A stretch of 64,000 nucleotides of DNA, taken from contig JBDRMG010000016.1 in assembly GCA_043812495.1 (NCBI GenBank), positions 66,137-130,136 on the forward strand, given 5' to 3'. This DNA comes from Candidatus Omnitrophota bacterium (GTDB taxonomy: Bacteria; Omnitrophota; Gorgyraeia; Zapsychrales; JBDRMG01). Shown here piece by piece: positions 8,637 to 18,518 of this stretch (position 1 is its first letter; every line of letters begins with the position of its first letter). The notes under the pieces are model-generated. The model was not told the origin of the DNA, did no database searches, and worked only from the letters and a program-made list of their open reading frames with translations. A program made the translations under genes and the position numbers.

Positions 8637-10430
8637 TTACATTTGGAACTGTGTTTCGTAGAGTCTCTTATAAAGAGTGCACATTTTTAATAATTCATCG
8701 TGCGTCCCCAGCCCATCAATTTCACCGCTGCGAAGCACGACAATTTTGTCAGCCTTCTTGATCGTGGATAATCGATGGGCAATGCAAATAACTGTGCGGC
8801 CCTTCATCAATTTATCTAAGGCCTCCTGAACAAAACGTTCCGATTCAGAGTCCAGCTGGGATGTCGCTTCATCCAAAATCAGCAGGGGAGGATTCTTAAG
8901 AATAGCGCGAGCAATGGCAATGCGCTGCTTTTCCCCTCCGGATAAGCGAAAACCGCGGTCGCCAATAAACGTATCATAGCCTTGCGGCATATCGACAATG
9001 AATCGATGGGCAAATGCCTTTCGGGCCGCCTCCTCCACATCTTCTTGGGAAGCCTCTAGATGACCATAGGCAATATTGGCCTTGACCGTATCGTTGAAAA
9101 GAATCGTTTCTTGAGTCACAATACCAGTTTGACCGCGCAATGACTTAAAAGAAACCTCCCGTAGATCAATACCATCAATTGTCATTCTTCCTTTTGTGGG
9201 ATCATAAAAGCGCGGGATCAAATTCACCAGAGTGGTTTTTCCGGCACCCGTCGGACCGACAACGGCCACCAGCTCTCCGCATTTGATATCCAGATTGATG
9301 TTCTTTAAGACTTCCGCGGACTCTTGGTCATAGGAAAAGAAAATATTTTCCATTCTGATTTCATCATGAAGCGTATTCACTCTAATCGCGTTCGCTTTCT
9401 CGACAACGGTCGGTTCTGTTTCCAAAATATCGTAAATGCGCTCACTAGCCGCCAAAGCCCTTTGTGTAATGGCGTGCACATTGCTCAATTTCTTCAAAGG
9501 ACTGATAATTGACATCAAAGCGGCAAAAAAGAGAGCAAAGACGCCGAAAGAAATCGCGCCCTGAACCACCTGCTTTCCCATCCACCAAAAAACCAGAAGC
9601 CCGACGAAAACCCCGATAAACTCGGTAATCGGCGAAATAAGTAAAAGACGCATAATAGATTTCATTTTGACTTTAAAAAATTGTTGATTCTGGCTTTTGA
9701 AGCGATGCGATTCATAGTCTTCCATGCCAAAGGCCTTGACCACTCTCACGCCGGAAATGGTTTCGATCAGCAAGGAATTAATATCTGCGATTTTCTCCTG
9801 CTCGCTTTTAGATAATTTACGTAGCTTCTTGCCGATTTTGGACATGGGCCAGGCCACAAGCGGAAACAGAACAAAAACAATGAGAGCCAATTTGAGATGA
9901 ATCGAGAAAATAATAACGATAAAGATCAGGATGCGAAACGTCTGATAAAAAAGATCCGTAATGCCGTAGGATACCGCGTTTTCCACCAGAAGCACATCAT
10001 TGGTGATGCGAGCGATCAATTCTCCGGTTCGCTTCTTGCTAAAATAATCGATGGAGAGATTTTGGATTGTTTCATAAAGACGCGAGCGCATATCGCGCAT
10101 CACGCACTGGGAAACCAAGTTCATCAAATACCCGTGCCAGAAAGTAAAAAAGCCCTTCAGAAGAAAGATGGCCACAACAACCCAAACCATGATTTTAAGG
10201 AGAATAAGGGGATCAAGGGTATTGATTTGCCCTACAATCCCCGACAAAAACGCAGGCGCCTGGTCAGGTAAAATAATCTTGGTTTTGGAGAGAATTTTGT
10301 CGGTAATGGGAACAATAAGCGAAAGCTGAAAACCGTCAAAAACAGCCGACAACATCATGCAAATGACGGCCAAAACAAGGATTTTGACATGCCCTCGGAT
10401 AAATTGTATTAGCTTAAGATAACTTTTCAT
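8637..10430 (-). CDS. msbA: ABC transporter permease/ATPase, MsbA-like lipid exporter.
   Basis: The product has a six-helix transmembrane domain followed by a nucleotide-binding domain with Walker A GPTGAGKTT, the signature LSGGEKQRIAIARA and Walker B LLILDEATS. It lies next to lpxB. Confidence 0.8.
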   Translation of the reverse strand: MKSYLKLIQFIRGHVKILVLAVICMMLSAVFDGFQLSLIVPITDKILSKTKIILPDQAPAFLSGIVGQINTLDPLILLKIMVWVVVAIFLLKGFFTFWHGYLMNLVSQCVMRDMRSRLYETIQNLSIDYFSKKRTGELIARITNDVLLVENAVSYGITDLFYQTFRILIFIVIIFSIHLKLALIVFVLFPLVAWPMSKIGKKLRKLSKSEQEKIADINSLLIETISGVRVVKAFGMEDYESHRFKSQNQQFFKVKMKSIMRLLLISPITEFIGVFVGLLVFWWMGKQVVQGAISFGVFALFFAALMSIISPLKKLSNVHAITQRALAASERIYDILETEPTVVEKANAIRVNTLHDEIRMENIFFSYDQESAEVLKNINLDIKCGELVAVVGPTGAGKTTLVNLIPRFYDPTKGRMTIDGIDLREVSFKSLRGQTGIVTQETILFNDTVKANIAYGHLEASQEDVEEAARKAFAHRFIVDMPQGYDTFIGDRGFRLSGGEKQRIAIARAILKNPPLLILDEATSQLDSESERFVQEALDKLMKGRTVICIAHRLSTIKKADKIVVLRSGEIDGLGTHDELLKMCTLYKRLYETQFQM

Positions 10431-10648
10431 AAGGATTTCTCGCAACGGACATTCAGGTCATCATCTTGCCAAAATCAATTTCGGTCATTGTGAGGAACCT
10501 GCGCTTAAAGCGGATATCGCGAGGTATTAGCGGTGAATAATAGCATATACATTGACTTTTGTCGAGCGATTTGTTATAGTGCAGAAAACGTAATTAACTG
10601 GCTCTCATTAAGATCGGAGATAATCGTGCGCTTTAAGGAAGGTCACAT

Positions 10649-11581
10649 ATGGCTAAGGTAAAGATTGCCGTTATCGGTATCGGCCACTTAGGCTCAAGGC
10701 ACCTTAAGGTCTACAGCGAGCTTAAGCATAAAGTGCAAATTGTCGGAATTTACGATATTAAGCAAGACCGGGCTAAAAAATTTGCCGAGCATTACGGTGT
10801 CCAATTATACGCCAACCATAAGGACCTTTGCGCAAAGGTCGATGCCGTCAGTATTTGCGTACCGACGATTAATCATTTCTCCGTGGCCAAGGATTTTCTT
10901 GAAAGCGGCCATCATGTCCTGGTCGAAAAACCCATCACCCATACCGTTCAAGAAGCCGCTCAACTTATTGATCTTGCCGAACAAAAGAAATGCAAGCTTC
11001 AGGTCGGCCATATCGAACGTTTTAATTCGGCTTTTCAGGGCATTGTCAAATTTACAAAAAATCCTCTTTTTATCGAATGTCATCGCCTGAACCGTTTTCC
11101 CAATCGCTCATTGGATATCGGTGTCATTATGGATCTTATGATCCACGATATTGATATCATCTTGGGTCTTGTGCGCTCTGAGGTCAAAGAAATTCGGGCC
11201 GTCGGCGTTCCTGTTTTGACGCCTTTAGAGGATATCGCCAATTGCCGCTTAACCTTTGCCAACGGCTGCGTCTGTAATCTCACGGCCAGCCGCATCTCGG
11301 ATGATGTTACGCGTAAAATCCGCATCTTTCTTAAAGACACCTATATTTCATTGGATTATGTCGAGCAGCAGGCCTATATTTACCGAAAGTACGGCCGGCT
11401 TATTTCTAAACATGCCCTTCCGATCGAAAAAGAAGAACCTCTCAAAAAAGAGCTCGAATCTTTCATCGATTGTATTTTGAAAAATAAACGTCCTCTCATT
11501 TCCGGACTCGAGGGTAAAGAAGCCCTGGAGCTGGCCCTCAAAATTACCAAAGCCGTATGGAAAAATCCACTACCCATTTAA
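10649..11581 (+). CDS. Gfo/Idh/MocA-family NAD(P)-dependent oxidoreductase.
   Basis: The N-terminus reads MAKVKIAVIGIGHLGSRH (Rossmann fold), followed by ...EKP... The stop overlaps the lpxB start in a TAATG arrangement. Confidence 0.75.
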   Translation: MAKVKIAVIGIGHLGSRHLKVYSELKHKVQIVGIYDIKQDRAKKFAEHYGVQLYANHKDLCAKVDAVSICVPTINHFSVAKDFLESGHHVLVEKPITHTVQEAAQLIDLAEQKKCKLQVGHIERFNSAFQGIVKFTKNPLFIECHRLNRFPNRSLDIGVIMDLMIHDIDIILGLVRSEVKEIRAVGVPVLTPLEDIANCRLTFANGCVCNLTASRISDDVTRKIRIFLKDTYISLDYVEQQAYIYRKYGRLISKHALPIEKEEPLKKELESFIDCILKNKRPLISGLEGKEALELALKITKAVWKNPLPI

Positions 11582-12696
11582 TGATTGTTGCCGGCGAGGC
11601 CTCCGGCGATATGCATGCCGCGCACCTTGTGGATCAAATCAAGGCTCTTGATCCATCGATCACGTTCTCGGGTGTAGGCGGTCGAGCCATGGAAAAAAAC
11701 GGGGTTGAACTTTATAGTCACCTCGCCGACTTGGCGGTCGTAGGTTTTACGGAAGTTTTCAGGCACTTAGGAGAAATTCGAGCGGTCTTTCGTCTGATTT
11801 TGGATAAAGTCGATGAAACAAAGGCTCAGGCTGTGATTCTGGTTGATTTTCCGGGTTTCAATTTACGATTGGCCAAAGAATTAAAGAAGCGAGGGGTCAA
11901 GGTTTTTTATTACATCAGCCCTCAGGTCTGGGCGTGGAAAGAAAATCGCGTCAAGCTGATCAAAGAATACGTCGATGAAATGTTTGTTCTTTTTCCTTTC
12001 GAGGAAGAATTCTATCGAAAACATGATTACCCGGTGCATTTTGTGGGTCATCCGCTTTTGGATATGATTAAGCCCAAGATGTCTCGTGAACATTTGCTTT
12101 CTTCTCTTGGGCTTTCGTGCGATAAATTAACCATAGGAATTTTCCCGGGCTCGCGTAAAATCGAAATCGAGCGTCTTTTGCCTATCATGCTAGATACGGC
12201 TCGCATTCTTTCCCAGGAAAACAAAAATGTTCAATTTCTCCTTTCCCGCGCACCCACGATCACAAAAGAATTCATGGAAAAGCATATTCGGTTGACTGAC
12301 TTGCCGCTCAAAATCTTTGATCAGCCCGGTTACGACGGCCTTAATGCCTGCGATGTGTGCATGGTCACGTCCGGAACGGCAACTCTGGAAACAGCCATTC
12401 TAGAAAAACCTATGGTCGTGGTATATAAAACCTCGTTTCTTACGTATCTTTTAGCCAGGTTGTTTATTAAGATTCCCTACATCGGCCTTGTGAATGTTGT
12501 GGCCGGCAAGAAAATCGTGCCCGAGTGCATTCAATTCGAGGCAACGCCCAAAAATATTTCAACTCACCTTAAAGAAATTTTCACTAACGAAATCAAATCA
12601 GCTGAAACCCACTCGGAACTACAGAAGCTAAAAAACCTCCTGGGCGAACCCGGCGCCAGCCATCGGGCCGCCCGCAAAATCCTCGAGCTTATCTAA
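11581..12696 (+). CDS. lpxB: Lipid-A-disaccharide synthase. Translation could start at ATG 11581 (MIVAGEASGD), coupled to the upstream stop, or at ATG 11557.
   Basis: The N-terminus reads MIVAGEASGDMHAAHLV, and FPGSRKIEIERLLP matches the LpxB family. Confidence 0.85.
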   Translation: MIVAGEASGDMHAAHLVDQIKALDPSITFSGVGGRAMEKNGVELYSHLADLAVVGFTEVFRHLGEIRAVFRLILDKVDETKAQAVILVDFPGFNLRLAKELKKRGVKVFYYISPQVWAWKENRVKLIKEYVDEMFVLFPFEEEFYRKHDYPVHFVGHPLLDMIKPKMSREHLLSSLGLSCDKLTIGIFPGSRKIEIERLLPIMLDTARILSQENKNVQFLLSRAPTITKEFMEKHIRLTDLPLKIFDQPGYDGLNACDVCMVTSGTATLETAILEKPMVVVYKTSFLTYLLARLFIKIPYIGLVNVVAGKKIVPECIQFEATPKNISTHLKEIFTNEIKSAETHSELQKLKNLLGEPGASHRAARKILELI

Positions 12697-12708
12697 TTAA
12701 TTCCTAAA

Positions 12709-15700
12709 TTATTTCAAATAGACATCAATACGGTCGGCCTTATTGTCGCGTATATCATTGGCAAAAGGCGAGGGGATAAAACCGGAAGATATTGTGACGG
12801 GGTCGCGGTGATCGGCGTACGCAATAACAATACGCTCAATCGACGCTTTGTTGTCGCCGAACGTATCCCGACGCTTGGGATTATGATAAACCACCAAGGT
12901 CGAGCCGAGAAAATTAAAAGCATAGGTATTTTTGGGAAGGACGATTTCCCGCTGAAGGCGATTTTTATCAAAATAAATTGTCTTTGTTTCTTGTTTTGTG
13001 AATAGCCACTTGGGCAATACCGGTTTAAACGCTAGTTCAAGATTTCCTTTCGGATCCAAGAAAAATGGAGCATCTCCCACATTCATCAAAAGCCAAATAT
13101 GCAGCCATTCGGCGGTGGTTCCGCTCAATCGTGCTACAAATCCACGGCCATGAAGACTTGCGTCTTCGTGGGCGCTGCTGACGATAAAGGAGGAACTCTC
13201 CAAAATACTGCGGCCGTATTTCTTCGGATCCATAAAAGGCACAAGAGTATATTTAAAATTCTTATAAAACTCGTCATACAATCCGAATTTGAGCAATTCA
13301 AGAAGGAATTTGTTCTCCATATGCATCCAGATCGATTGGTTCTCAAGCCAGCCCGCCGGAAAAACACTGGCCCGCCCGATCTCGGCTGATTCGCGGGATA
13401 AATCGTCATTGACGCGGTACATCTTGAGTTTTTTATCAAACAGAGGGCTGTGGCGGACGTTTTGATAAAGAGTGCGCGCCTTGATCTGGTCGTTCTGCAC
13501 TCTCAGGGCATGGACAAATCCTTCCAAGAAAAGAGGCAAAGCTTTTTTCTGGAAATTCAACGGGACAATATATGCGAGGCCGTCGGGATTAACCTTGTCC
13601 AATGTTTCATAATCTGTGATTTCATGGATAAAATAGGTCACGCACAAGCCATGCTTATTTTGGGCCAAGGCAATGGCTTTATCCGTTTTTTGGATCACCA
13701 GCTGCAAGAACCGGTCAATGACCGAAACAGGCATGGACCGTTCGACCCCGTCAATGCCTTGTTCCGTGCGGCGTCGATAATGTTCCTTGATTTCGTTGGA
13801 GTGACGCCAATAGACCAGCGGATCTTTTTGCGTAGTCAACAAATCATTGAGCCCGGAAATAAAACTCAAAAGTTCGTCATACATCCGCACTTCGGTGTGT
13901 CCATCCAGTTTCATGTCTTTGAATGAATGGCGGATGAACTGACAAAGCCTTTTCAGCTCAAATGTCTCGGAAATGGATGACCCCATCAGGCCCGGTAAAC
14001 CGTTGAGGGCGTCATACCAATTGGGCTTGTCCGCTTCCATTTCGATACCGACTCCGCTGGGATCAAGGGTGGCGGCTTTATTCGCCACAAGACACAAGAG
14101 CTTAACGAGGAGGCACGTAAAATAAACCGGGCCCTGCCCGCCATTGGTCCTGAGCTTATGGTCAAAAGCCTCCGTTACGACTTCATGACCTTTATCCACG
14201 ACAGAATGATATTGCCGGGGACCGTGATTCGTCAAAACATACCTTTGGTCCCGGGGCAGCACATGATGGGTATTGTGATAAAAGCTGAAGGCTTTTTTGT
14301 TAAGAAGCAGATTTCGTCTTTCTTCCGGATAAAGAGCGAGAAAGCGCTCGATCAAATCGAGATTATAAGTCCAGTGATCGGTCCAAAATCCTTCGCCGTG
14401 TTCAGCCAGTTCATGTTTATGGCAATAGCTCAAGAGTTCCTTCAAGAACTTCTGAGGTGACGTTTTGAGTTTTATATCATAATCATCGATTGACTTCAAA
14501 AGCGCCCCAGGGCAAAAACCTACTTTCAGAAGTTCTTTGACAAAATTTTTTCCTCGGCCAAGGATAAATTGATTAACGATGGCCTCGATCCTTGCCGGAC
14601 TGTCCAAAGAGAAAACATTCCCCTTGATGACTAATGGATTATACCCGTCGGCTTGAATCAGGCTCAGGAAATTCACGATATGGTTGTCTTTGACATCACG
14701 GTTAAACCACACGTCGTTGCGTCTGTTTTGGTTGACATCACGGTAATTTCCGTTGCCTTGAGAAAGATAGGTGGGATTCAGAATAAAATTATTGTAGTCG
14801 CGCTCAAGATCTCCGTGCTTACGGCTGTAGACATTAAAAACAATTTTTCCCTCTTGGGTCTCAAGCGCAAGAGGCAAGCCTCCGCGCATAACGTTATCCA
14901 AAAAGGTCTGTTGGCAATATTGATTGAAGGCCGCTGAGGAGCTTGACGTAAAGCAGTTATTTTTGATCTCTTGGATAAGGCGTTGATTTTCTTTGGCTTT
15001 ATGATCAATAAAATTTTTATTTCTTGCGCGCGCCAGTATTTTCTGAACCATAGCCACGGAATGCGTATGGCCAAACAGCGAAGTGATTCTTTCTTTCTTT
15101 TTTCCAGGCAAAGCAAAAGAGGCAAATGTCATGGCGCACAAAGAACGATTGCTGCTTTTTTGTTTCAAGGGAACTTTGAAAAGATTCCGGCCCATAAAAG
15201 CTTCGGGCACAAGAAAGTCGGTTGAATTGCCAAACACACTCAGAGGATCAATGATCGGATTCAACGGTTTTGGTTTCCGGCCTTCGTGCAAAAGACTAAA
15301 ATAAAAATGGCCTTCGCTGATGGATTTGACCTGCGGCCGGTCCGAAATAACCACTTTGAGATTATAATAGGGGGCTTTGTTTTCGAGATTCAAAACCTGT
15401 TTCCATGCTTCAACGGTGTGCGAAATATCTTTTTGCAGGCGGTCGATTAAACCGAACGGAATAATCTCCGGCATCCCGTCAATGACCTCAAGCGTTACTC
15501 TTTTTGTTCCAACATTTTCGATGGTGACATCCCGCACCAAAGCGGCATAGGGCTCTTCAGGTAAGGTAAAATAATTGACACGAACCACCAGCCCCAAGGT
15601 CACATTGGTCTCTTCAATCGTTAAATCATGGGAGGTGATCATCATCCGCTGCTTACGCTTAAATGCCCCGTTGGAAAGATTGTTCTGAAATGGTTCGTAA

Positions 15701-15996
15701 AGAATGGGTTTTCGCCCCTTTTTGATTTTAATGAATGTCCGGAAACCCTGTAAAGACGTTAACCGGTAAGCCTTGTTGGCCGGTTGGAATTCCATAATCG
15801 CCTTGTCTTTTCCTTCAACGCCGAAGCTAGCGATGCACTGGCCGCGGTTGACCGTGAACACCCACATGGGGATGCCCCAAAGACCGGCGATGCCCGGGAA
15901 GAAATTGCTGAAGGGCTCGGCATCATTATAATTCTCAATGATAAACCGGCCTTGCTCATCAAGATAATAGGATACGTTTTTTGCTTTATTCTTCAT
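12709..15996 (-). CDS. Large (1095 aa) GH94-like glycoside phosphorylase / six-hairpin glycosidase family protein (COG3459-like).
   Basis: The motifs GNGNYRDVNQNRR and FWTDHWTYNLD resemble the GFRDSNQD and DWND catalytic motifs of cellobiose/chitobiose phosphorylases. The assignment is tentative. Confidence 0.4.
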   Translation of the reverse strand: MKNKAKNVSYYLDEQGRFIIENYNDAEPFSNFFPGIAGLWGIPMWVFTVNRGQCIASFGVEGKDKAIMEFQPANKAYRLTSLQGFRTFIKIKKGRKPILYEPFQNNLSNGAFKRKQRMMITSHDLTIEETNVTLGLVVRVNYFTLPEEPYAALVRDVTIENVGTKRVTLEVIDGMPEIIPFGLIDRLQKDISHTVEAWKQVLNLENKAPYYNLKVVISDRPQVKSISEGHFYFSLLHEGRKPKPLNPIIDPLSVFGNSTDFLVPEAFMGRNLFKVPLKQKSSNRSLCAMTFASFALPGKKKERITSLFGHTHSVAMVQKILARARNKNFIDHKAKENQRLIQEIKNNCFTSSSSAAFNQYCQQTFLDNVMRGGLPLALETQEGKIVFNVYSRKHGDLERDYNNFILNPTYLSQGNGNYRDVNQNRRNDVWFNRDVKDNHIVNFLSLIQADGYNPLVIKGNVFSLDSPARIEAIVNQFILGRGKNFVKELLKVGFCPGALLKSIDDYDIKLKTSPQKFLKELLSYCHKHELAEHGEGFWTDHWTYNLDLIERFLALYPEERRNLLLNKKAFSFYHNTHHVLPRDQRYVLTNHGPRQYHSVVDKGHEVVTEAFDHKLRTNGGQGPVYFTCLLVKLLCLVANKAATLDPSGVGIEMEADKPNWYDALNGLPGLMGSSISETFELKRLCQFIRHSFKDMKLDGHTEVRMYDELLSFISGLNDLLTTQKDPLVYWRHSNEIKEHYRRRTEQGIDGVERSMPVSVIDRFLQLVIQKTDKAIALAQNKHGLCVTYFIHEITDYETLDKVNPDGLAYIVPLNFQKKALPLFLEGFVHALRVQNDQIKARTLYQNVRHSPLFDKKLKMYRVNDDLSRESAEIGRASVFPAGWLENQSIWMHMENKFLLELLKFGLYDEFYKNFKYTLVPFMDPKKYGRSILESSSFIVSSAHEDASLHGRGFVARLSGTTAEWLHIWLLMNVGDAPFFLDPKGNLELAFKPVLPKWLFTKQETKTIYFDKNRLQREIVLPKNTYAFNFLGSTLVVYHNPKRRDTFGDNKASIERIVIAYADHRDPVTISSGFIPSPFANDIRDNKADRIDVYLK

Positions 15997-16059
15997 TAGA
16001 CTACTTTTTGTTATGGGTTAATAGATATAAAATCATGTTACCTAAAAAACTGACCCTGG

Positions 16060-16845
16060 TCAATAGGGAGACCGGAATTGTCGAAACAGGTTATAGTAAC
16101 CTGAAAATTTCATAAAAAGATAATCGATTCTATTGTCCTTATCACTTAGGCGTACGCGGTTGAGTTCATACACATCTTTATTGAGGTGGTCATAGCCTCG
16201 GTTGGTCGCGCACGCGCCCCTATAGCCGCTTTTTTGCACAATCTTCTTGATGGTCTCGGTAAAGCCGCCCGATGGATAGGCAAAACAACAGACCAGATGA
16301 CCCAACTTCTTCTCCAAAATCTCCTTACTGAGCTTGATCTGTCTCTCTTGTTCCGCAAGGGAAACAGAGGGCAAATACGTCTGATCGAGCGTGTGGCTGC
16401 CGATATCGATTCCGTTTTTTTCCATTTCAAGAATCTGCTCCCATGTTAATTTATCGTCGTCTCCGATCTGATCGACCGCCACAAAAATGGTCGCCGGAAA
16501 GTTGTACTTTTTAAGAACTTTAAACGCGTGAGTATAATTATCACGATAACCGTCATCAAAGGTAATCACAACGGATTTTCGCGACAAAGGATTCTTCGTT
16601 TCTATGGCATCGATCAGCTCTTGAAGGCTAATCACCCGATATCCGTGCGTCTTTAAAAATTCCATGTGCCAGGCAAAGCGTTCGGGACTGGTAATGTTGG
16701 GAACGGGTGTATCGACATAATTGATGCTGTGATACATGATAATCGGGACCGTGTATTTGTCGGAGAGCCAGAAAAAAGCACCGGCCACCGCAAGAATCAA
16801 TGCGAGACATAAAATAAGGAGGGTTTTTTTGAGTTTTCGTATCAT
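16060..16845 (-). CDS. Polysaccharide deacetylase (NodB homology domain) with an N-terminal membrane anchor.
   Basis: VITFDDGYRDNYTHAFKVLKKYNFPATIFV is the NodB motif. The start was set at the ATG at 16845, which follows an N-terminal transmembrane helix. Confidence 0.75.
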   Translation of the reverse strand: MIRKLKKTLLILCLALILAVAGAFFWLSDKYTVPIIMYHSINYVDTPVPNITSPERFAWHMEFLKTHGYRVISLQELIDAIETKNPLSRKSVVITFDDGYRDNYTHAFKVLKKYNFPATIFVAVDQIGDDDKLTWEQILEMEKNGIDIGSHTLDQTYLPSVSLAEQERQIKLSKEILEKKLGHLVCCFAYPSGGFTETIKKIVQKSGYRGACATNRGYDHLNKDVYELNRVRLSDKDNRIDYLFMKFSGYYNLFRQFRSPY

Positions 16846-16858
16846 AAGGTTTTGTCGA

Positions 16859-17308
16859 TTACATCTGGGTGAGGATCTGTTTGACAAGATCGCTGACTGT
16901 TTTGCCATCGGCCCGACCAGCGGTCTTGGATGTCACGATTTTCATGACTTTGCCCATATCTTTGATGGATGTGGCGCCGGCTTCCTGGATCGCTTCTTCA
17001 ACAATTTTTTTCAATTCTTCTTTGGGCATTTCCGGAGGCAAATAACTCTTAAGAATCGCCATTTCATTTTTTTCTTTTTCGACCAAATCCTGCCGTCCCC
17101 CTTTTTCAAACTGTTCAATACCTTCTTGTCTTTGCTTCACAAGCTTTTTGAGGACGGGCAAGCACTCGGAGTCATCCAGTTTGTCCTTCTTTTTCTCAAT
17201 CAGGACGTTCTTGAGCTGGGCTCTCAAAAAACTCAAGGTTGAACTCCTTAAAGTATCTTTGTCTTTCATCGCCTGTTTGTAATCCGCTGTGATTTTTTCC
17301 TCGAGCAT
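16859..17308 (-). CDS. GatB/YqeY domain protein.
   Basis: Roughly 149 aa (MLEEKITADYKQAMKDKD...GKTVSDLVKQIL) typical of the YqeY family. An AAGGAG Shine-Dalgarno lies upstream of the ATG at 17308. Confidence 0.8.
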   Translation of the reverse strand: MLEEKITADYKQAMKDKDTLRSSTLSFLRAQLKNVLIEKKKDKLDDSECLPVLKKLVKQRQEGIEQFEKGGRQDLVEKEKNEMAILKSYLPPEMPKEELKKIVEEAIQEAGATSIKDMGKVMKIVTSKTAGRADGKTVSDLVKQILTQM

Positions 17309-17316
17309 GATTTTCT

Positions 17317-17462
17317 CCTTCAATGAATGCCGAACTTATGGAGCGAGTGAAACGAGCGAACATAAGTTCGTGCATGAATTGAACCCCGCACCTTTTATTT
17401 ATTCAAACATTTTAAAGACGCACGTCTTCAAGGTATTTGAATGAGAAAAAAGGTGCGGGGTC
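17317..17462. repeat. Intergenic repeat made of a C-type hairpin (17317-17370; stem CGAACTTATG / CATAAGTTCG) plus a B-type ~80-bp palindrome (17382-17462).
   Basis: The inverted repeats were read directly. The B arm ACCCCGCACCTTTT / AAAAGGTGCGGGGT is shared with 608-686 and 59681-59695. Confidence 0.6.
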
Positions 17463-17533
17463 TAAGTCGGCCGCAGACTTACGTCGCTATCGCTCCGTAA
17501 GTTTTGGCCTCCTAAGACCTCCTTATGCGAATA

Positions 17534-17755
17534 TTAAATTTCAATTATCTTAATTGTTTTACGTCTTGATTTCAATCCTTTTATCATTTCTATGCGGCTT
17601 TTGGGTACATGAAATTCCTGCGCGAGAAGCTCGCACACGAGCTTATTGGCCTTTCCATCCTGAGCCGGCGCCGTGCAATATACTTTAAACCCATCGTGTT
17701 CTTTTTTGATAAGATTTTTCTTAGCACCGGCAATAACTTTAATATCTATCTGCAC
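17534..17755 (-). CDS. DUF167/YggU-family small protein, probably with a GTG start.
   Basis: The product reads VQIDIKVIAGAKKN...DGKANKLVCELLA. The GTG start lies 2 nt after the upstream gene's stop. Confidence 0.55.
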   Translation of the reverse strand: MQIDIKVIAGAKKNLIKKEHDGFKVYCTAPAQDGKANKLVCELLAQEFHVPKSRIEMIKGLKSRRKTIKIIEI

Positions 17756-17757
17756 GT

Positions 17758-18429
17758 TTAAAACCCCTCGAAGCGATTCAACTCTCTGGCATGACCTTTC
17801 AGCCACCGTTGGCATTTCTGATAATCCGGAAGTATTTGCTTCACTTCAAACCAGAACTGTCTGGAATGATTAGCGACTTTGGCATGGCAGAGCTCATGCA
17901 CAATCAAATAATCCATAACGTCCAAAGGCGCCATGATAATTTTCCAATTGATATTAAGGACACCCGTCTTCTGGCTAAAACTCCCCCAAATCGTCTTGTG
18001 CTTTTTAATGATCACTTTCTTGAACTTGATGCCTAGCGCATGGGCATGATACAACGTCCGTTCTTCTATCCGTGTCTTGGCCTCATGCCTATACCATCTC
18101 ATTAATTGGTCTTTGAGGGCAATGGACCAATCCTGCCCTTGATCATGATTGCTGAAAAACAAAATCTTCCGATCGTGATCGGCGATCATGCAGGAAGGCC
18201 TTTCGTCCCCCTTTTGTGCCATTAACGTATATTCTTGACCGAGAAAAAAAACCTGATCGCCTTCTTGTAAATGTCTTTGCGGATGTGAAAAAACTTCTTT
18301 TTGCATTTGTTCAATCTTGCGAAAAACCCATTGCGCTTTCTGGCCGACAAATTTATCGATTTCATTGAGGGCAACAAAGCGCGGCGACATGACCCTCACT
18401 TCCCCTTTCGGATTGATCCTGATTTCCAT
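17758..18429 (-). CDS. M48-like/YgjP-family metal-dependent hydrolase (DUF45).
   Basis: WGSFSQKTGVLNINWKI and HELCHAKVANHS (HExxH) motifs. Start was set at MEIRINPKG. Confidence 0.7.
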   Translation of the reverse strand: MEIRINPKGEVRVMSPRFVALNEIDKFVGQKAQWVFRKIEQMQKEVFSHPQRHLQEGDQVFFLGQEYTLMAQKGDERPSCMIADHDRKILFFSNHDQGQDWSIALKDQLMRWYRHEAKTRIEERTLYHAHALGIKFKKVIIKKHKTIWGSFSQKTGVLNINWKIIMAPLDVMDYLIVHELCHAKVANHSRQFWFEVKQILPDYQKCQRWLKGHARELNRFEGF

Positions 18430-18518
18430 AGTCTTTCTTCTTTTTGTCCGGACAAGCAAATACTGGAGTGAGCCCTTAGAAGAGGATATGCATCTATGAC
18501 TTTCTTGACTTATCTTTT

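Noticed and set aside
12697-12708. Overlapping convergent gene ends (lpxB and the GH94-like gene) as a possible antisense regulatory arrangement.
   Set aside because: Only a 12-bp gap between convergent stops. No hairpin or other signal was seen.
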